DNA of 64,000 nucleotides from Clostridia bacterium (GTDB lineage Bacteria; Bacillota; Clostridia; TANB77; CAG-508): NCBI GenBank assembly GCA_048355915.1, contig DBGCHZ010000048.1, positions 2,200 to 66,199 of the forward strand, read 5' to 3'. Shown piece by piece: positions 1 to 9,600 of this stretch (position 1 is its first letter; each line of letters starts with the position of its first letter). The notes under the pieces were generated by a model. It saw only the letters and a program-made list of their open reading frames with translations, ran no database searches and was not told where the DNA came from. The position numbers and the translations under genes were made by a program.

Positions 1-687
1 TATATCAATAGTCCTCATTGCAACATCCATCATATTACTACTCTCATCAATATCATCTGCTTTGAAATTTACTGCAATTACTTTATCCACTCCTTGTTTT
101 CGTACTTCTGTAACTGGTACATTATCTAATGCTCCTCCATCTAAAAACTTATGATTCTTATATTCACATGGACAAAATACTGCTGGAAAACTACTACTTG
201 CTCTTACTGCTTTTCCTATCGAAATGTCTGTAATATATTTATCTTTCTTTTTTGATTTTGGTATATTATTTGTGAAAATATATTCCTTGGAATTTTCTAT
301 ATCAACTGTTGGAATTACTATTGGCATTTTTGTTATCTCTCCTATATTTTTTATTCCTTTTCTATTGGCTAATTCATCAAATGCTTTTTCTATACTATTT
401 CCTGTTTTCAACCCTAATAACGGTATTTTTTTGTTTTTCACAAAGCTACCTAAACCTGAGATTATTGAACTTGCATTTATTTGTGTTATATCACTTGCAT
501 ATCTTTTAAATAAGATATAAATATAGTATGGTGAATATCCTAAGGCATACAAAGTAGCAATAAGAGAGCCTGAACTTGTTCCTCCTATTGCGTTTATTTT
601 TATATTATTTTCTTCCAAAGCTTTTAATACTCCTGCATGAGCTATTCCTCTTATACCTCCACCAGATAAGGCTAATCCTAATTTCAA
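1..687 (-). CDS. Patatin-like phospholipase. The 3' end lies beyond the window start; the start is probably TTG at 687.
   Basis: The minus-strand frame is open from 687 to the window edge. The translation starts (M)KLGLALSGGGIRGIAHAGVLKALEE...GGTSSGSLIA, which carries the GxGxxG and GxSxG patatin motifs. An AGGAGG sits 10 nt upstream of the TTG. Confidence 0.7.
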   Translation of the reverse strand, partial: MKLGLALSGGGIRGIAHAGVLKALEENNIKINAIGGTSSGSLIATLYALGYSPYYIYILFKRYASDITQINASSIISGLGSFVKNKKIPLLGLKTGNSIEKAFDELANRKGIKNIGEITKMPIVIPTVDIENSKEYIFTNNIPKSKKKDKYITDISIGKAVRASSSFPAVFCPCEYKNHKFLDGGALDNVPVTEVRKQGVDKVIAVNFKADDIDESSNMMDVAMRTIDI

Positions 688-831
688 GTTTCCTAACCTC
701 CTATAAATTATAGACTATTATTTTAAATATTCACATAAATGCTTAATTATATTCAACACTATGAATAATATGTAACTAAAAAGAAAAAGTTACTCTATAT
801 TTTTTTAGAATAACTTTTTCTTTTTTTATAA

Positions 832-2556
832 TTATTTAGTATAATAAAATTCTCCAAACCCAAATTCTACTTTATAATACTCTCCAATAAAACTTGGTTC
901 TAATTGTGTATTTATTATATATTGTGGTTCTACAATTATTTTTCCGTCTGAATTAACTACTCCCCATTTTCCATCTAATTTTATTCCTGCAAATCCGTAT
1001 TCATTTAAATCTGTTGTTTTTTCATATTGGTAATCTAATACTATATTTCCATTTGAATCAACAAATCCCCATTTTCCATTATTTGCAGTTGCAAATATTT
1101 TATTTCCTTTTAATGCCTCTTTATTTGAAATTTCTTTTCCTGATAAACTAAAATATTTTGTTATTTCATCATTATATATTTTTATATATTCTTTTTCTAC
1201 CACTATATTAGCATTTGATAAATCACATAATTTATTTATATTTTTGTCATATATTTGTGTTGTTTTATTCTTAGCCAATGTTGTTGTTACAAAATCTGTA
1301 TCTTGTAATTTTTCTATTGAATCATATTTTATATCTATTTTTATTTCATTATTACTATTTATAACTCCTAGTTTTCCATCCAATGAAACTATAAAATTAT
1401 CACCTGTTAAATATTCAATATATGAATAAGTTTGTTTTGTTATTATATTATCATTTTTATCAATTATACTATATACTGTTCCATTTGTATTATCGATTTT
1501 TATTTTGTAGTTTTCATTTGCTGTTTCCAATATTGCTATATTGCTATCAGCTTGTATTTCTGTTCCTTCTTTTGTATATACATTTTCTGTTCCATCTTCA
1601 TTAGTTGCATATATATATATACCTGTATTATCTATTTGTTTGTATTCTACTGGTATTATAATTTTACCATCTAAATTTGCAACTCCGAATTTTTTAGTTT
1701 TTTGTAATATTAATGTTTCATCTGTTAAGTTATATGTTATTGATTGATATTCATTTCCTATTATTTGTTCTTTATTTTTAAATAATCCATATTGACCATT
1801 TTTTGCAGCAATTAAATAAATATCATTTCTTTTCACATCTGTTATTCTTTGTATTTCGTTGTATTCTGTTTCCAATATTACTTTTCCATTAATATTTATA
1901 TAACCATATCTATATCCCTCTTCTGTTTTATTTCCAACAATATATCCTGCGTCTTTATATCCATTTTCATTATTTGAGTATCCATCAACATTTATTTGGT
2001 CATATTGTGGTTTTATAATTTGATTTCCTTTTAAGTTTATAACTCCATATTTTCCCTCTTTTTGTATCAATAATTCTCCTTCTTTATATGGTAATCCTTC
2101 TATTTTATCATAAATAGCTTTTGTTAATTTTTTTCCTTCTAAATTTATTAGTCCCAATTTTTCATTTTCTTTATATGTTAATACACTTTTTTCATACATT
2201 AAACTACTTGCAATATTTTTTAATTTTATTGGCTCTATTGATTTAAATTTTGTAAATATCTCCTCGCCATTTTGATTTAATACTTTTGTACTATCATTTG
2301 TATAGCATATAAATACTGGCTTTTGTGGATTTGGAATAATCACATTTGTATATTCTGCATTTACTATTTGCTTTCCTTCTTTATTTATTACTCCATATTT
2401 ATTTTCTACTTTTAATGTAAAATATTCATAATTATCAATTTTCTCTATTTCATATTTTTTTCCGTCCTCAATTACTTTTTTTGTTATAAAAAATCCAGCT
2501 GTTGCAATTACTATTATTGCTATAATTATTATTCCAACTATATGTTTCTTTTTCAT
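832..2556 (-). CDS. Membrane-anchored WG-repeat protein.
   Basis: There is an N-terminal TM helix (IVGIIIIAIIVIATAGFF). It is followed by many ~40-aa repeats containing KYGVIN, KWGFVD and KWGVVN, typical of the WG-containing repeat family. Confidence 0.55.
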   Translation of the reverse strand: MKKKHIVGIIIIAIIVIATAGFFITKKVIEDGKKYEIEKIDNYEYFTLKVENKYGVINKEGKQIVNAEYTNVIIPNPQKPVFICYTNDSTKVLNQNGEEIFTKFKSIEPIKLKNIASSLMYEKSVLTYKENEKLGLINLEGKKLTKAIYDKIEGLPYKEGELLIQKEGKYGVINLKGNQIIKPQYDQINVDGYSNNENGYKDAGYIVGNKTEEGYRYGYININGKVILETEYNEIQRITDVKRNDIYLIAAKNGQYGLFKNKEQIIGNEYQSITYNLTDETLILQKTKKFGVANLDGKIIIPVEYKQIDNTGIYIYATNEDGTENVYTKEGTEIQADSNIAILETANENYKIKIDNTNGTVYSIIDKNDNIITKQTYSYIEYLTGDNFIVSLDGKLGVINSNNEIKIDIKYDSIEKLQDTDFVTTTLAKNKTTQIYDKNINKLCDLSNANIVVEKEYIKIYNDEITKYFSLSGKEISNKEALKGNKIFATANNGKWGFVDSNGNIVLDYQYEKTTDLNEYGFAGIKLDGKWGVVNSDGKIIVEPQYIINTQLEPSFIGEYYKVEFGFGEFYYTK

Positions 2557-2600
2557 ACTTTTTTCCTCTTTTATATATTTAGGTTTTTAGCAAGAGTTAC

Positions 2601-3932
2601 CTATAAACTTTCTTCTTCTATCTTTTCTATATTATTTTTACAAGCTTTTATCTTTATTATTCTTTTATCTTCTGATTTTTCTATTTTATATGTTACTTTT
2701 TCAGTTTCAATAATCGGCTTTTCTTTGTCTTCTGGTATTCTTCCTAATTTATCTTGAAGAAATCCTGAAATTGTATCAAATTCTCCTTCTGGTATATCTG
2801 CTTCTAATAATTTATTTACATCAAATATTGGCATACTTCCTAATAAAATATATGTGTTTTCGTCTATTTTTTCGTATTCACTTTCTTCTTTATCATACTC
2901 ATCATATATATCTCCAACTAATTCTTCCAATATATCTTCCATTGTAACAATTCCAGCTGTTCCACCATATTCGTCTAATATTATTGCTAATTGTTTTTTA
3001 TTTTTTTGTAGTTCTTTAAAAACCTCATTTATTAGTCTGTTTTGAGATATAAAATATGCATCTTTTATAACATTTTTTACTTTAAAGGTTTTCTTGTTTA
3101 TATTTTTTAATACATCTTTTACATATAAAACACCTTTTATTTCATCAATTGTTTCGTCATATACAGGGATTCTACTATATCTATATTCTTCTTTTGAAAG
3201 CTCTTCTAAAAGTTCATCTGTACTTATATTTATATCTACTGCAAAAATATCTTTTCTATGTCTCATTATCTCTGATACTGTTATATCATTAAATTCAAAT
3301 ACATTGTTTATAAGTTCTTTTTCATCTTCCTTTATTGTTCCACTTTCTTCTCCTTGGTCTACCATCATTTTTATCTCTTCTTCTGTAACAGTTTCTTCTT
3401 CATTTTCTCCTACTCCAAATATTTTAGAGATTCCATTTGTCACAGATGTTAATAATTTTACAAAAGGAGCTGTTATTATTGATATTGTTCTTATTACTCC
3501 TATTGTTCCAAATGATATTTTTTCGTAGTGTTTCATTGCTATTCTTTTTGGTACTAATTCTCCAAATACAAGTGTAAAGAATGATAGTATTATTGTGATG
3601 AAAATTATTGATATGCTTTTCCATACACCTAAACTTACTGCTGGTATCATATTATATAAATATGGTGCTATTTTATCTGCAAAAGTTTCAGATGCAAATG
3701 CACTTGATAAAAATCCTGCTAATGTTATTCCTATTTGTATCGTAGCTAAAAATTTACTTGGTGTTTTTAACATTTTTTCTATTTGTTTAGCTTTTTTGTT
3801 TCCTTCTTTTGCTTGTTTTTCTATTTTTGCGTCATTTAATGATATAAAGGCTATTTCACTTGCCGCAAAATATGCATTTATTAATATTAGTATTGTTAAA
3901 ACTATTAATTGTGAAATCATTTTTTGTTGCAT
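2601..3932 (-). CDS. HlyC/CorC (CNNM) family transporter with DUF21, CBS pair and CorC_HlyC domains.
   Basis: The N-terminal membrane domain has the SEIAFISL motif. It is followed by CBS-like and C-terminal transporter-associated regions. Length is 443 aa. Confidence 0.8.
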   Translation of the reverse strand: MQQKMISQLIVLTILILINAYFAASEIAFISLNDAKIEKQAKEGNKKAKQIEKMLKTPSKFLATIQIGITLAGFLSSAFASETFADKIAPYLYNMIPAVSLGVWKSISIIFITIILSFFTLVFGELVPKRIAMKHYEKISFGTIGVIRTISIITAPFVKLLTSVTNGISKIFGVGENEEETVTEEEIKMMVDQGEESGTIKEDEKELINNVFEFNDITVSEIMRHRKDIFAVDINISTDELLEELSKEEYRYSRIPVYDETIDEIKGVLYVKDVLKNINKKTFKVKNVIKDAYFISQNRLINEVFKELQKNKKQLAIILDEYGGTAGIVTMEDILEELVGDIYDEYDKEESEYEKIDENTYILLGSMPIFDVNKLLEADIPEGEFDTISGFLQDKLGRIPEDKEKPIIETEKVTYKIEKSEDKRIIKIKACKNNIEKIEEESL

Positions 3933-4075
3933 GATATATTTAGAATTTTAAATATATTATGCTCTCCTTTCTTTTTTTATTTTTATATATTTTATCAGAT
4001 GTTTTATTTTTATTCAATATGTTATTTAATCGTATTTTAATATGAATTTTTAAAATTATTATTTAATCTTTTTAT

Positions 4076-4104
4076 TTGACAAAATTAAATAATGTGTATA
4101 TAAT
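4076..4104 (+). promoter_or_regulatory. Consensus sigma-A promoter: TTGACA, 17-nt spacer, TATAAT.
   Basis: TTGACA is at 4076-4081 and TATAAT at 4099-4104, with exactly 17 nt between them. It faces a short transcription unit that ends at the 4153-4194 terminator. Confidence 0.55.
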
Positions 4105-4110
4105 ATAAAT

Positions 4111-4197
4111 AGGAAATGAAGAAACCACAAAGTGGTTTGCCAGTTATATGTTAAAAAAACACATTGAACCGCCAAGTTACAGATGTGTTTTTTTATT
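4111..4197 (+). ncRNA. Candidate ~85-nt sRNA. Putative type I antitoxin, convergent with the small toxin ORF.
   Basis: It is bounded by the perfect promoter upstream and the hairpin plus U-run terminator at 4153-4194. It contains no ORF. Its 3' part overlaps the 3' end of the minus-strand toxin transcript. Confidence 0.45.
4153..4194. terminator. Bidirectional intrinsic terminator.
   Basis: The stem is AAAAAAACACAT / ATGTGTTTTTTT with an 18-nt loop. Both strands carry a U-run. The toxin stop codon is 6 nt away on the minus side. Confidence 0.45.
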
Positions 4198-4199
4198 GT

Positions 4200-4322
4200 T
4201 TATTTTTGTTTGCTAATAATTACAACTATCGCTATAATCAAGGCAAACGCAATGATAGTTACTGATACTAAACCAGCAAAAAGTAATTTTATTATTAATA
4301 ATAATTCTTGTATTTCTATCAT
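4200..4322 (-). CDS. Small hydrophobic peptide of 40 aa: MIEIQELLLIIKLLFAGLVSVTIIAFALIIAIVVIISKQK. Candidate type I toxin.
   Basis: The ATG at 4322 is preceded by AAGAGGAGGUGAGGCGU. The SD lies inside a CCUCCU-loop-AGGAGG hairpin. The peptide is a single TM helix with a lysine tail. The stop codon at 4200 abuts the bidirectional terminator. It is missed by the six-frame track because it is under 60 aa and overlaps spurious ORFs. Confidence 0.55.
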   Translation of the reverse strand: MIEIQELLLIIKLLFAGLVSVTIIAFALIIAIVVIISKQK

Positions 4323-4604
4323 ACGCCTCACCTCCTCTTATGTAGGAGGCAAACCACATCTGTTTTTTCTCATTTCCTATGTTATTCAATATACTATATA
4401 TTTTTTCAAAAAACAAGTATTATAAATATTTTATTTTCAAAATTGTTAGTGTATAATACTTTTTTGTAGAGTAGTTGAAAATAGTTGATAATTAAATTAC
4501 CTTTAACTTTCAAATTACTGAATTCTTACTAAATTATAGCTAAAAAATCGCTTTGAATAAAAATATTTTATATCTAATTCAAAACGATTTTTTTATTTTA
4601 TTAA

Positions 4605-5870
4605 CTACATGCCTGTTACTGGCAATCTTTTTACTTCTTTTTCTTTTTTACTTGTTTCTATTTTAGGTTTATCTTCTTTTTTATTATTTACTGTTACCAT
4701 TATTTCTTGATTTAAATCTACATTTACTGCAATATCTTCTTCATATATTTTGTATCCATCTATTGATTTTGTTTCTCTTATATAATATTTTCCTGGAATT
4801 ACATTTTCTATAATGATTTTTCCTTTTTCGTCTGTTTTTAAGTTTTTATATATTACATTTTTATTTTCATCTAATAATTCAAATTCTACTCCTTCCAATC
4901 TTTTTTTAGTTTCTTCATCTTGTTTTATAATTATTATTTTTGTTTCATTTTTGTTATATTCGTCTTTCGCTGTTCCTTTTCCATCTTCATAACCTGCTGA
5001 TGTTAATGCGTAATCTTGATATCCTGTATTTGGAGCAGCACCATATAATACTACTTTTGTATTTACTTTTGCTTCTACATTTATTTTAAATTTACCTTTT
5101 TCATTAGTTCTTTTTAAAGGTACTAATATTTTAAATTTTTCATTTGCATTAAATTCTTGTCTTTCATTATTATTTTCGTCTACTAATTTTATTCCTTCAA
5201 TATCTTGTCCTTTTTCGCTTTCTATTTTTATTTTATATTTTTCTATAACTGTATCTGCTGATACGCTATATGTTTTTGATATGTAGTTTTTGTCTTTACT
5301 ATCTTGTTTCCATTCATCACTGTTTTTATTTATTGTTAATGTACTTGATATTTGAGTTTCTGTTGATTTATTAGCATTATCAATTATTTTATACATAGCA
5401 TTTAAAGTCCTTTTCCCTGCTTCTCCTATTCCTTCATAATCACTCAATTTATTTCCATGTACATAACAGTAAACAGCTTGTTTTGTTGCTGTAAAAGCTT
5501 CTTCTTTATTAGCAACACCTAATTCTTCTATTGTTTTATATGGATAGCCATTTACTATTACTTTCCATAAGCCTACATCTTTTATTGCGTCTTTTATAGA
5601 AACATCATATGAAAAATCTCCTTCAACACCATGTTTTGTTTTATCTAAACAATATGCTGGATATGATACTCCATTATCTTTATATTCTGCATATTCAACT
5701 ATTACAAGTCCTCCTTTGTATTTTAACAATTCACCACAAGAACCTGATGAATAAATATGTGTTGAATTCATTTCACCTGCTATTACTGAATTTATAAATA
5801 GCATTGTGTTTAATATCACTAAACTTATTGTTATTACAATTTTTTTAGATATATTTTTAACTTTATTCAT
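4605..5870 (-). CDS. Secreted adhesin/pilin-like protein with a thioester-like N-terminal domain and a CnaB/SpaA-type domain. It ends in LPVTG.
   Basis: It has a signal peptide. It has an AYCLD motif and a TKQAVY motif that is thioester-domain-like. The C-terminal KIIIIKQDEETKKRLEGVEFELLDENKN...GKYYIRETKSIDGY matches a prealbumin-like fold. The ORF terminates one residue after LPVTG, with no TM or charged tail. Confidence 0.6.
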   Translation of the reverse strand: MNKVKNISKKIVITISLVILNTMLFINSVIAGEMNSTHIYSSGSCGELLKYKGGLVIVEYAEYKDNGVSYPAYCLDKTKHGVEGDFSYDVSIKDAIKDVGLWKVIVNGYPYKTIEELGVANKEEAFTATKQAVYCYVHGNKLSDYEGIGEAGKRTLNAMYKIIDNANKSTETQISSTLTINKNSDEWKQDSKDKNYISKTYSVSADTVIEKYKIKIESEKGQDIEGIKLVDENNNERQEFNANEKFKILVPLKRTNEKGKFKINVEAKVNTKVVLYGAAPNTGYQDYALTSAGYEDGKGTAKDEYNKNETKIIIIKQDEETKKRLEGVEFELLDENKNVIYKNLKTDEKGKIIIENVIPGKYYIRETKSIDGYKIYEEDIAVNVDLNQEIMVTVNNKKEDKPKIETSKKEKEVKRLPVTGM

Positions 5871-5929
5871 TCTATTTTCTTCCTTATATTTTATATTTAG
5901 GTTTTTAAGGATTTACCTATAAACCTAGC

Positions 5930-6565
5930 TTATCTCTCTATTTTTTCTCCTTGAATGCATCGTCTATAATTAGGTTCATTTTCAACACAAGTTATTAATG
6001 TTATTTTATCTTCTTCTGTGTTTTCTAAATTTACCCAATCTGTATCCTTTATTATTTCATGTTTCGATACTACATATTTTTGCTCATATTCATTATTTTT
6101 GTAAAATATTTCATCTCCTATCTTCAATTTTTTTAAATTTTCGAAATAGTTATTTTTATATCCTCTATTATGGGCTGCTAGGCATATATTTCCTTTTTTA
6201 GTTGCACTTTCTTCAAAATGTCCTACATAATTATCTAAACTTGCTTTTGTTGTACCTTCTGTAATTGGTGCTTTTAATGAAATTGTTGGAATTTCTATAT
6301 ACCATTCCACTTTTTCTTTACTTTTTGTTGATATTTCTTTGGATATATCTGAATTTAAAATATTATTTGATAAATTAATAAAATTATAATTACTTTGATG
6401 ATTTTGAATGTTTTGATTAAAAACTTGATTTTCACTTGTAAATCCTACTTTTAATTTTGAATTTTTTAAATTGATATTAAAAATTGTACTATTTAATATA
6501 ATACATATTATTATTAAAAATATAAAACTAACTATATTTATATATCTGCTTGTATATCGTATCAT
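5930..6565 (-). CDS. Sortase (class B-like transpeptidase).
   Basis: It has an N-terminal TM segment, a catalytic His in ICLAAHNRG, a Cys in ITLITCV (TLxTC), and a downstream Arg. It is directly upstream of the LPVTG substrate. Confidence 0.8.
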   Translation of the reverse strand: MIRYTSRYINIVSFIFLIIICIILNSTIFNINLKNSKLKVGFTSENQVFNQNIQNHQSNYNFINLSNNILNSDISKEISTKSKEKVEWYIEIPTISLKAPITEGTTKASLDNYVGHFEESATKKGNICLAAHNRGYKNNYFENLKKLKIGDEIFYKNNEYEQKYVVSKHEIIKDTDWVNLENTEEDKITLITCVENEPNYRRCIQGEKIER

Positions 6566-6869
6566 ACATGCAAATGCCTCCTATTGTTTTAGCTTTCTTT
6601 TGTTTCTTTTATGGTTTTATTTTGGAAAATTTTGAACTAATTTAGTATTAAGTTTTATAAATTGCAAATTTGATTTTAAATTTTTTCGAAAAAATTGTTT
6701 AACATGTTATAGTTATATATTAATACATTTTTTTACATTTGTAAAGAACTTTTCATCGCAAAATTCGACATTTCTTTCTATTAATTTAGTATAACTTTCT
6801 GTCACATTTATTTTAGTTTTTTATTTAAATTATTTTATATATTATTTATATTATCTCAGTATCATATTA

Positions 6870-6917
6870 AAAACCCTCTTATGACATTTTTATTTTGTCA
6901 TAAGAAGGTTTTCTTTT
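6870..6917. terminator. Intrinsic terminator for the HK-RR operon.
   Basis: Stem CCCTCTTATGACA / GTCATAAGAAGG, flanked by an A-run and a T-run. Confidence 0.6.
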
Positions 6918-6962
6918 AACCTTATACAACTCTTTTTAATATATTTCATATATTTTTAAAAA

Positions 6963-8456
6963 TTATATTTCTAAATCCAAATCAAAATAAAATTCAACCC
7001 CATTTTCCTTATTCATAACACCATATTCATTTTTATAATTATTCATAATAGCCTTAACAAATGATAAACCAATTCCTGTTCCGCCATCATCTCTATTTCT
7101 TGATTCATCGGCTTTAAAAAATCTATTCCAGATTCTTGCCATATCTTCCTCTTTGATATTATCTCCTGTGTTGAAAACTTTAATCCTTACTTTATTTTTC
7201 TCTACATTTACTTCATTATATATTTTTATATAATTTTCTCCATTTACTTCTTTTACATGTTTTAGTGCATTTGTTACATAATTACTAATTACTTGTTCAA
7301 TATAAAAATCATCTGCTATTACATTTATTTCTTCTGGGGAAACTAATTCCATTTTTGCTTCTTTTTCTTGTAGCATTACTTGTGATTTTACTATTATTTG
7401 TTGTTCTAATTCTACAACATTAAATTTGGCATCATTAAATTCTCTTTTTCCATATTCAATTGTCATTAATTCTAATAATTGTTTTACTAATTTGTCCATT
7501 TTATTTGTTTCATCTAGTATTACTTCTGCATAAAATCTCCTGCTTTCTTCGTCTGTGTTTACATTTTCTAATAATCCTTCGCTATATCCTTGAATTAGAG
7601 CTATTGGAGTTTTTAATTCATGTGATACATCTGATATGAAGCTTTTTCTCATTTCATCTATTTTGGATTTTTCTTCTATGTCTTTTTCTAGTTCTATATT
7701 TGTTCTTCTTAGTTGTTTTATTGTTCTTTCTAGCTTATCTGACATTACATTTATGCTTTTTCCAAGGTTATTTATTTCATCTTCTGCATCTGTTATTCTA
7801 TATTTGTGACTAAAATCTAAATTAGCCATTTTTTTAGCAATATTATTTAATTCTAAAATGGGGTCAGCAAATTTTCTTGTTACAAATGATACTATAACTG
7901 CTGATATTAGTATAGTAAATCCTGCCATTAGATATAAAAAGTTATTAGAAATTTTTACGCTTTCTTCAATAGATGTTAACGGTATTCTAATATATAATAA
8001 ATATCCGTTGTCAAGTTGTGATGATAATAGTTCGTAAGATATTCCTGTTTTTACATCTTTCATTTTTTTTATATTATATTTTTCATCTTGTTCAATTATT
8101 TGTCCTGAACTCATTGAATTTGTCATTTCATTCATCTGTCCTAAAGTTGAAAAGAAATCTTTATTAGATGTAAATACATTAATATTTTGGTCATTTCTAA
8201 TTAATATATCAAAATTATTTTTTATTGCTATTTTTTCTAATTCTGAATCTATATCAATATTTGCTCCACTATTGTAATAATCATTAATAATTTCATATAC
8301 ATTTTTTAGTGATTGTGTTTTGCTGTATAAATAAAATTCTCCAAATACAAAATTATTTACTAATATCAAAAATAAAATTATCAATAAGATTATTAATGAT
8401 AACATTAAAAATAGTTTTACTTTTACTGATTTTAGTGCCTCTTTTAATTTGCTCAT
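6963..8456 (-). CDS. Sensor histidine kinase.
   Basis: It has an N-terminal TM, a second TM, an HisKA H-box (FISDVSHELKTPIAL), and a HATPase_c with the G-box GGTGIGLS. Confidence 0.85.
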   Translation of the reverse strand: MSKLKEALKSVKVKLFLMLSLIILLIILFLILVNNFVFGEFYLYSKTQSLKNVYEIINDYYNSGANIDIDSELEKIAIKNNFDILIRNDQNINVFTSNKDFFSTLGQMNEMTNSMSSGQIIEQDEKYNIKKMKDVKTGISYELLSSQLDNGYLLYIRIPLTSIEESVKISNNFLYLMAGFTILISAVIVSFVTRKFADPILELNNIAKKMANLDFSHKYRITDAEDEINNLGKSINVMSDKLERTIKQLRRTNIELEKDIEEKSKIDEMRKSFISDVSHELKTPIALIQGYSEGLLENVNTDEESRRFYAEVILDETNKMDKLVKQLLELMTIEYGKREFNDAKFNVVELEQQIIVKSQVMLQEKEAKMELVSPEEINVIADDFYIEQVISNYVTNALKHVKEVNGENYIKIYNEVNVEKNKVRIKVFNTGDNIKEEDMARIWNRFFKADESRNRDDGGTGIGLSFVKAIMNNYKNEYGVMNKENGVEFYFDLDLEI

Positions 8457-8476
8457 TTTTTACCGTCCTCTTAGAA

Positions 8477-9154
8477 TTATTTAACCTCAAATTTATATCC
8501 AACACCTCTCATTGTTTGAATATATTTTCCTTTTTTCCCTAGTTTATGTCTAATTTTCTTTATATGACTGTCTATTGTTCTTGAATCTCCATAATAATCA
8601 TAGTTCCAAACATTATTTAAAATTTTATCTCTTGATAAAGCAATATTTTCATTTTCTACTAAATATGATAATAGTTCATATTCCCTTAAACTTAATTCTA
8701 TTATTTTTCCATCAACTTTTACAGTTCTTCCTTCTCTATCAATCTCTATTCCTCCATAGTCTTTTATTTCTTTTATATCTTGATTTGTTCTTTTCAAAAT
8801 AGCTTCAACCCTTGCTACTAAAATTTTAGGACTAAAAGGCTTTGAAATATATTCGTCAACTCCTAATTCAAATCCAAATAATTCATCTTGTTCTTCTCCT
8901 CTGGCTGTTAGCATTATAATTGGAACTTTGGATTCTTGTCTAATTTGTCTTAAAACAGACCATCCATCAAGTTTAGGCATCATAACATCTAGTAGAATTA
9001 AATTGATTTTATTTTTATTTTCTTCAAAAACTTCTAAGGCTCTCTCTCCGTTTTCTGCTTCTAAAATACTAAATCCTTTTGCTACTAAAAAGTCTTTAAT
9101 TAATTTTCTCATTCTTTGTTCATCATCAACAATTAGTATACAATTATTAATCAT
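8477..9154 (-). CDS. OmpR-family response regulator.
   Basis: A receiver domain (LIVDDE...LLDVMMP) is followed by a winged-helix output (RGVGYKFEV). Confidence 0.9.
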   Translation of the reverse strand: MINNCILIVDDEQRMRKLIKDFLVAKGFSILEAENGERALEVFEENKNKINLILLDVMMPKLDGWSVLRQIRQESKVPIIMLTARGEEQDELFGFELGVDEYISKPFSPKILVARVEAILKRTNQDIKEIKDYGGIEIDREGRTVKVDGKIIELSLREYELLSYLVENENIALSRDKILNNVWNYDYYGDSRTIDSHIKKIRHKLGKKGKYIQTMRGVGYKFEVK

Positions 9155-9325
9155 AATACTGCTCTCCTTTTCTTATTTCAACTATATTATACATTATACA
9201 TATTAATTATGTCTATACTGTGAAAAAATTAATATTATGTATATGATGAATTTTTTAGAAAAACTTGTTATATACAGAAAAATCATATATTAAAAACATT
9301 TTTTGTATAAACTATAAACATTTGC

Positions 9326-9354
9326 TTGATTTTTAATTTAAATCATTGTAAAAT
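9326..9354 (+). promoter_or_regulatory. Sigma-A-like promoter: TTGATT, 17-nt spacer, TGTAAAAT.
   Basis: TTGATT is at 9326-9331 and TAAAAT at 9349-9354, preceded by TG. It faces the GC-rich intergenic island. Confidence 0.4.
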
Positions 9355-9361
9355 ATTACCA

Positions 9362-9594
9362 ACCTGACGTAAAAAAAGGGTTAGCCCTTTTTAAGGGCGG
9401 AAAGGGGGACTAACATTGAATAACTGCGATTTAATTTTGCACTTTGCTGAAAAGTACATAGCTGAAAAAGAGAAAAACATAATCTTACAACAAAAGTTAG
9501 AACAACAGAAGCATATGCAAATAAACAACAGTGTTAAGACTAATAAAAAGCAATAATTAGTCGATAGAGTAGATTCGTGGTCTACTCTATTTTT
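9362..9594 (+). ncRNA. Candidate ~230-nt sRNA or leaderless transcription unit in a GC-enriched intergenic island.
   Basis: A promoter sits upstream and a hairpin AGAGTAGA / TCTACTCT plus UUUUU terminator at 9566-9594. There is no credible ORF. GC content is clearly above the flanking DNA. Confidence 0.35.
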
Positions 9595-9600
9595 CACAAA

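Noticed and set aside
4183-4425. Plus-strand 80-aa ORF and minus-strand 67-aa ORF over the toxin locus.
   Set aside because: Neither has an RBS and both cross the promoter, SD hairpin and terminator. The 40-aa frame with the perfect SD is the credible one.
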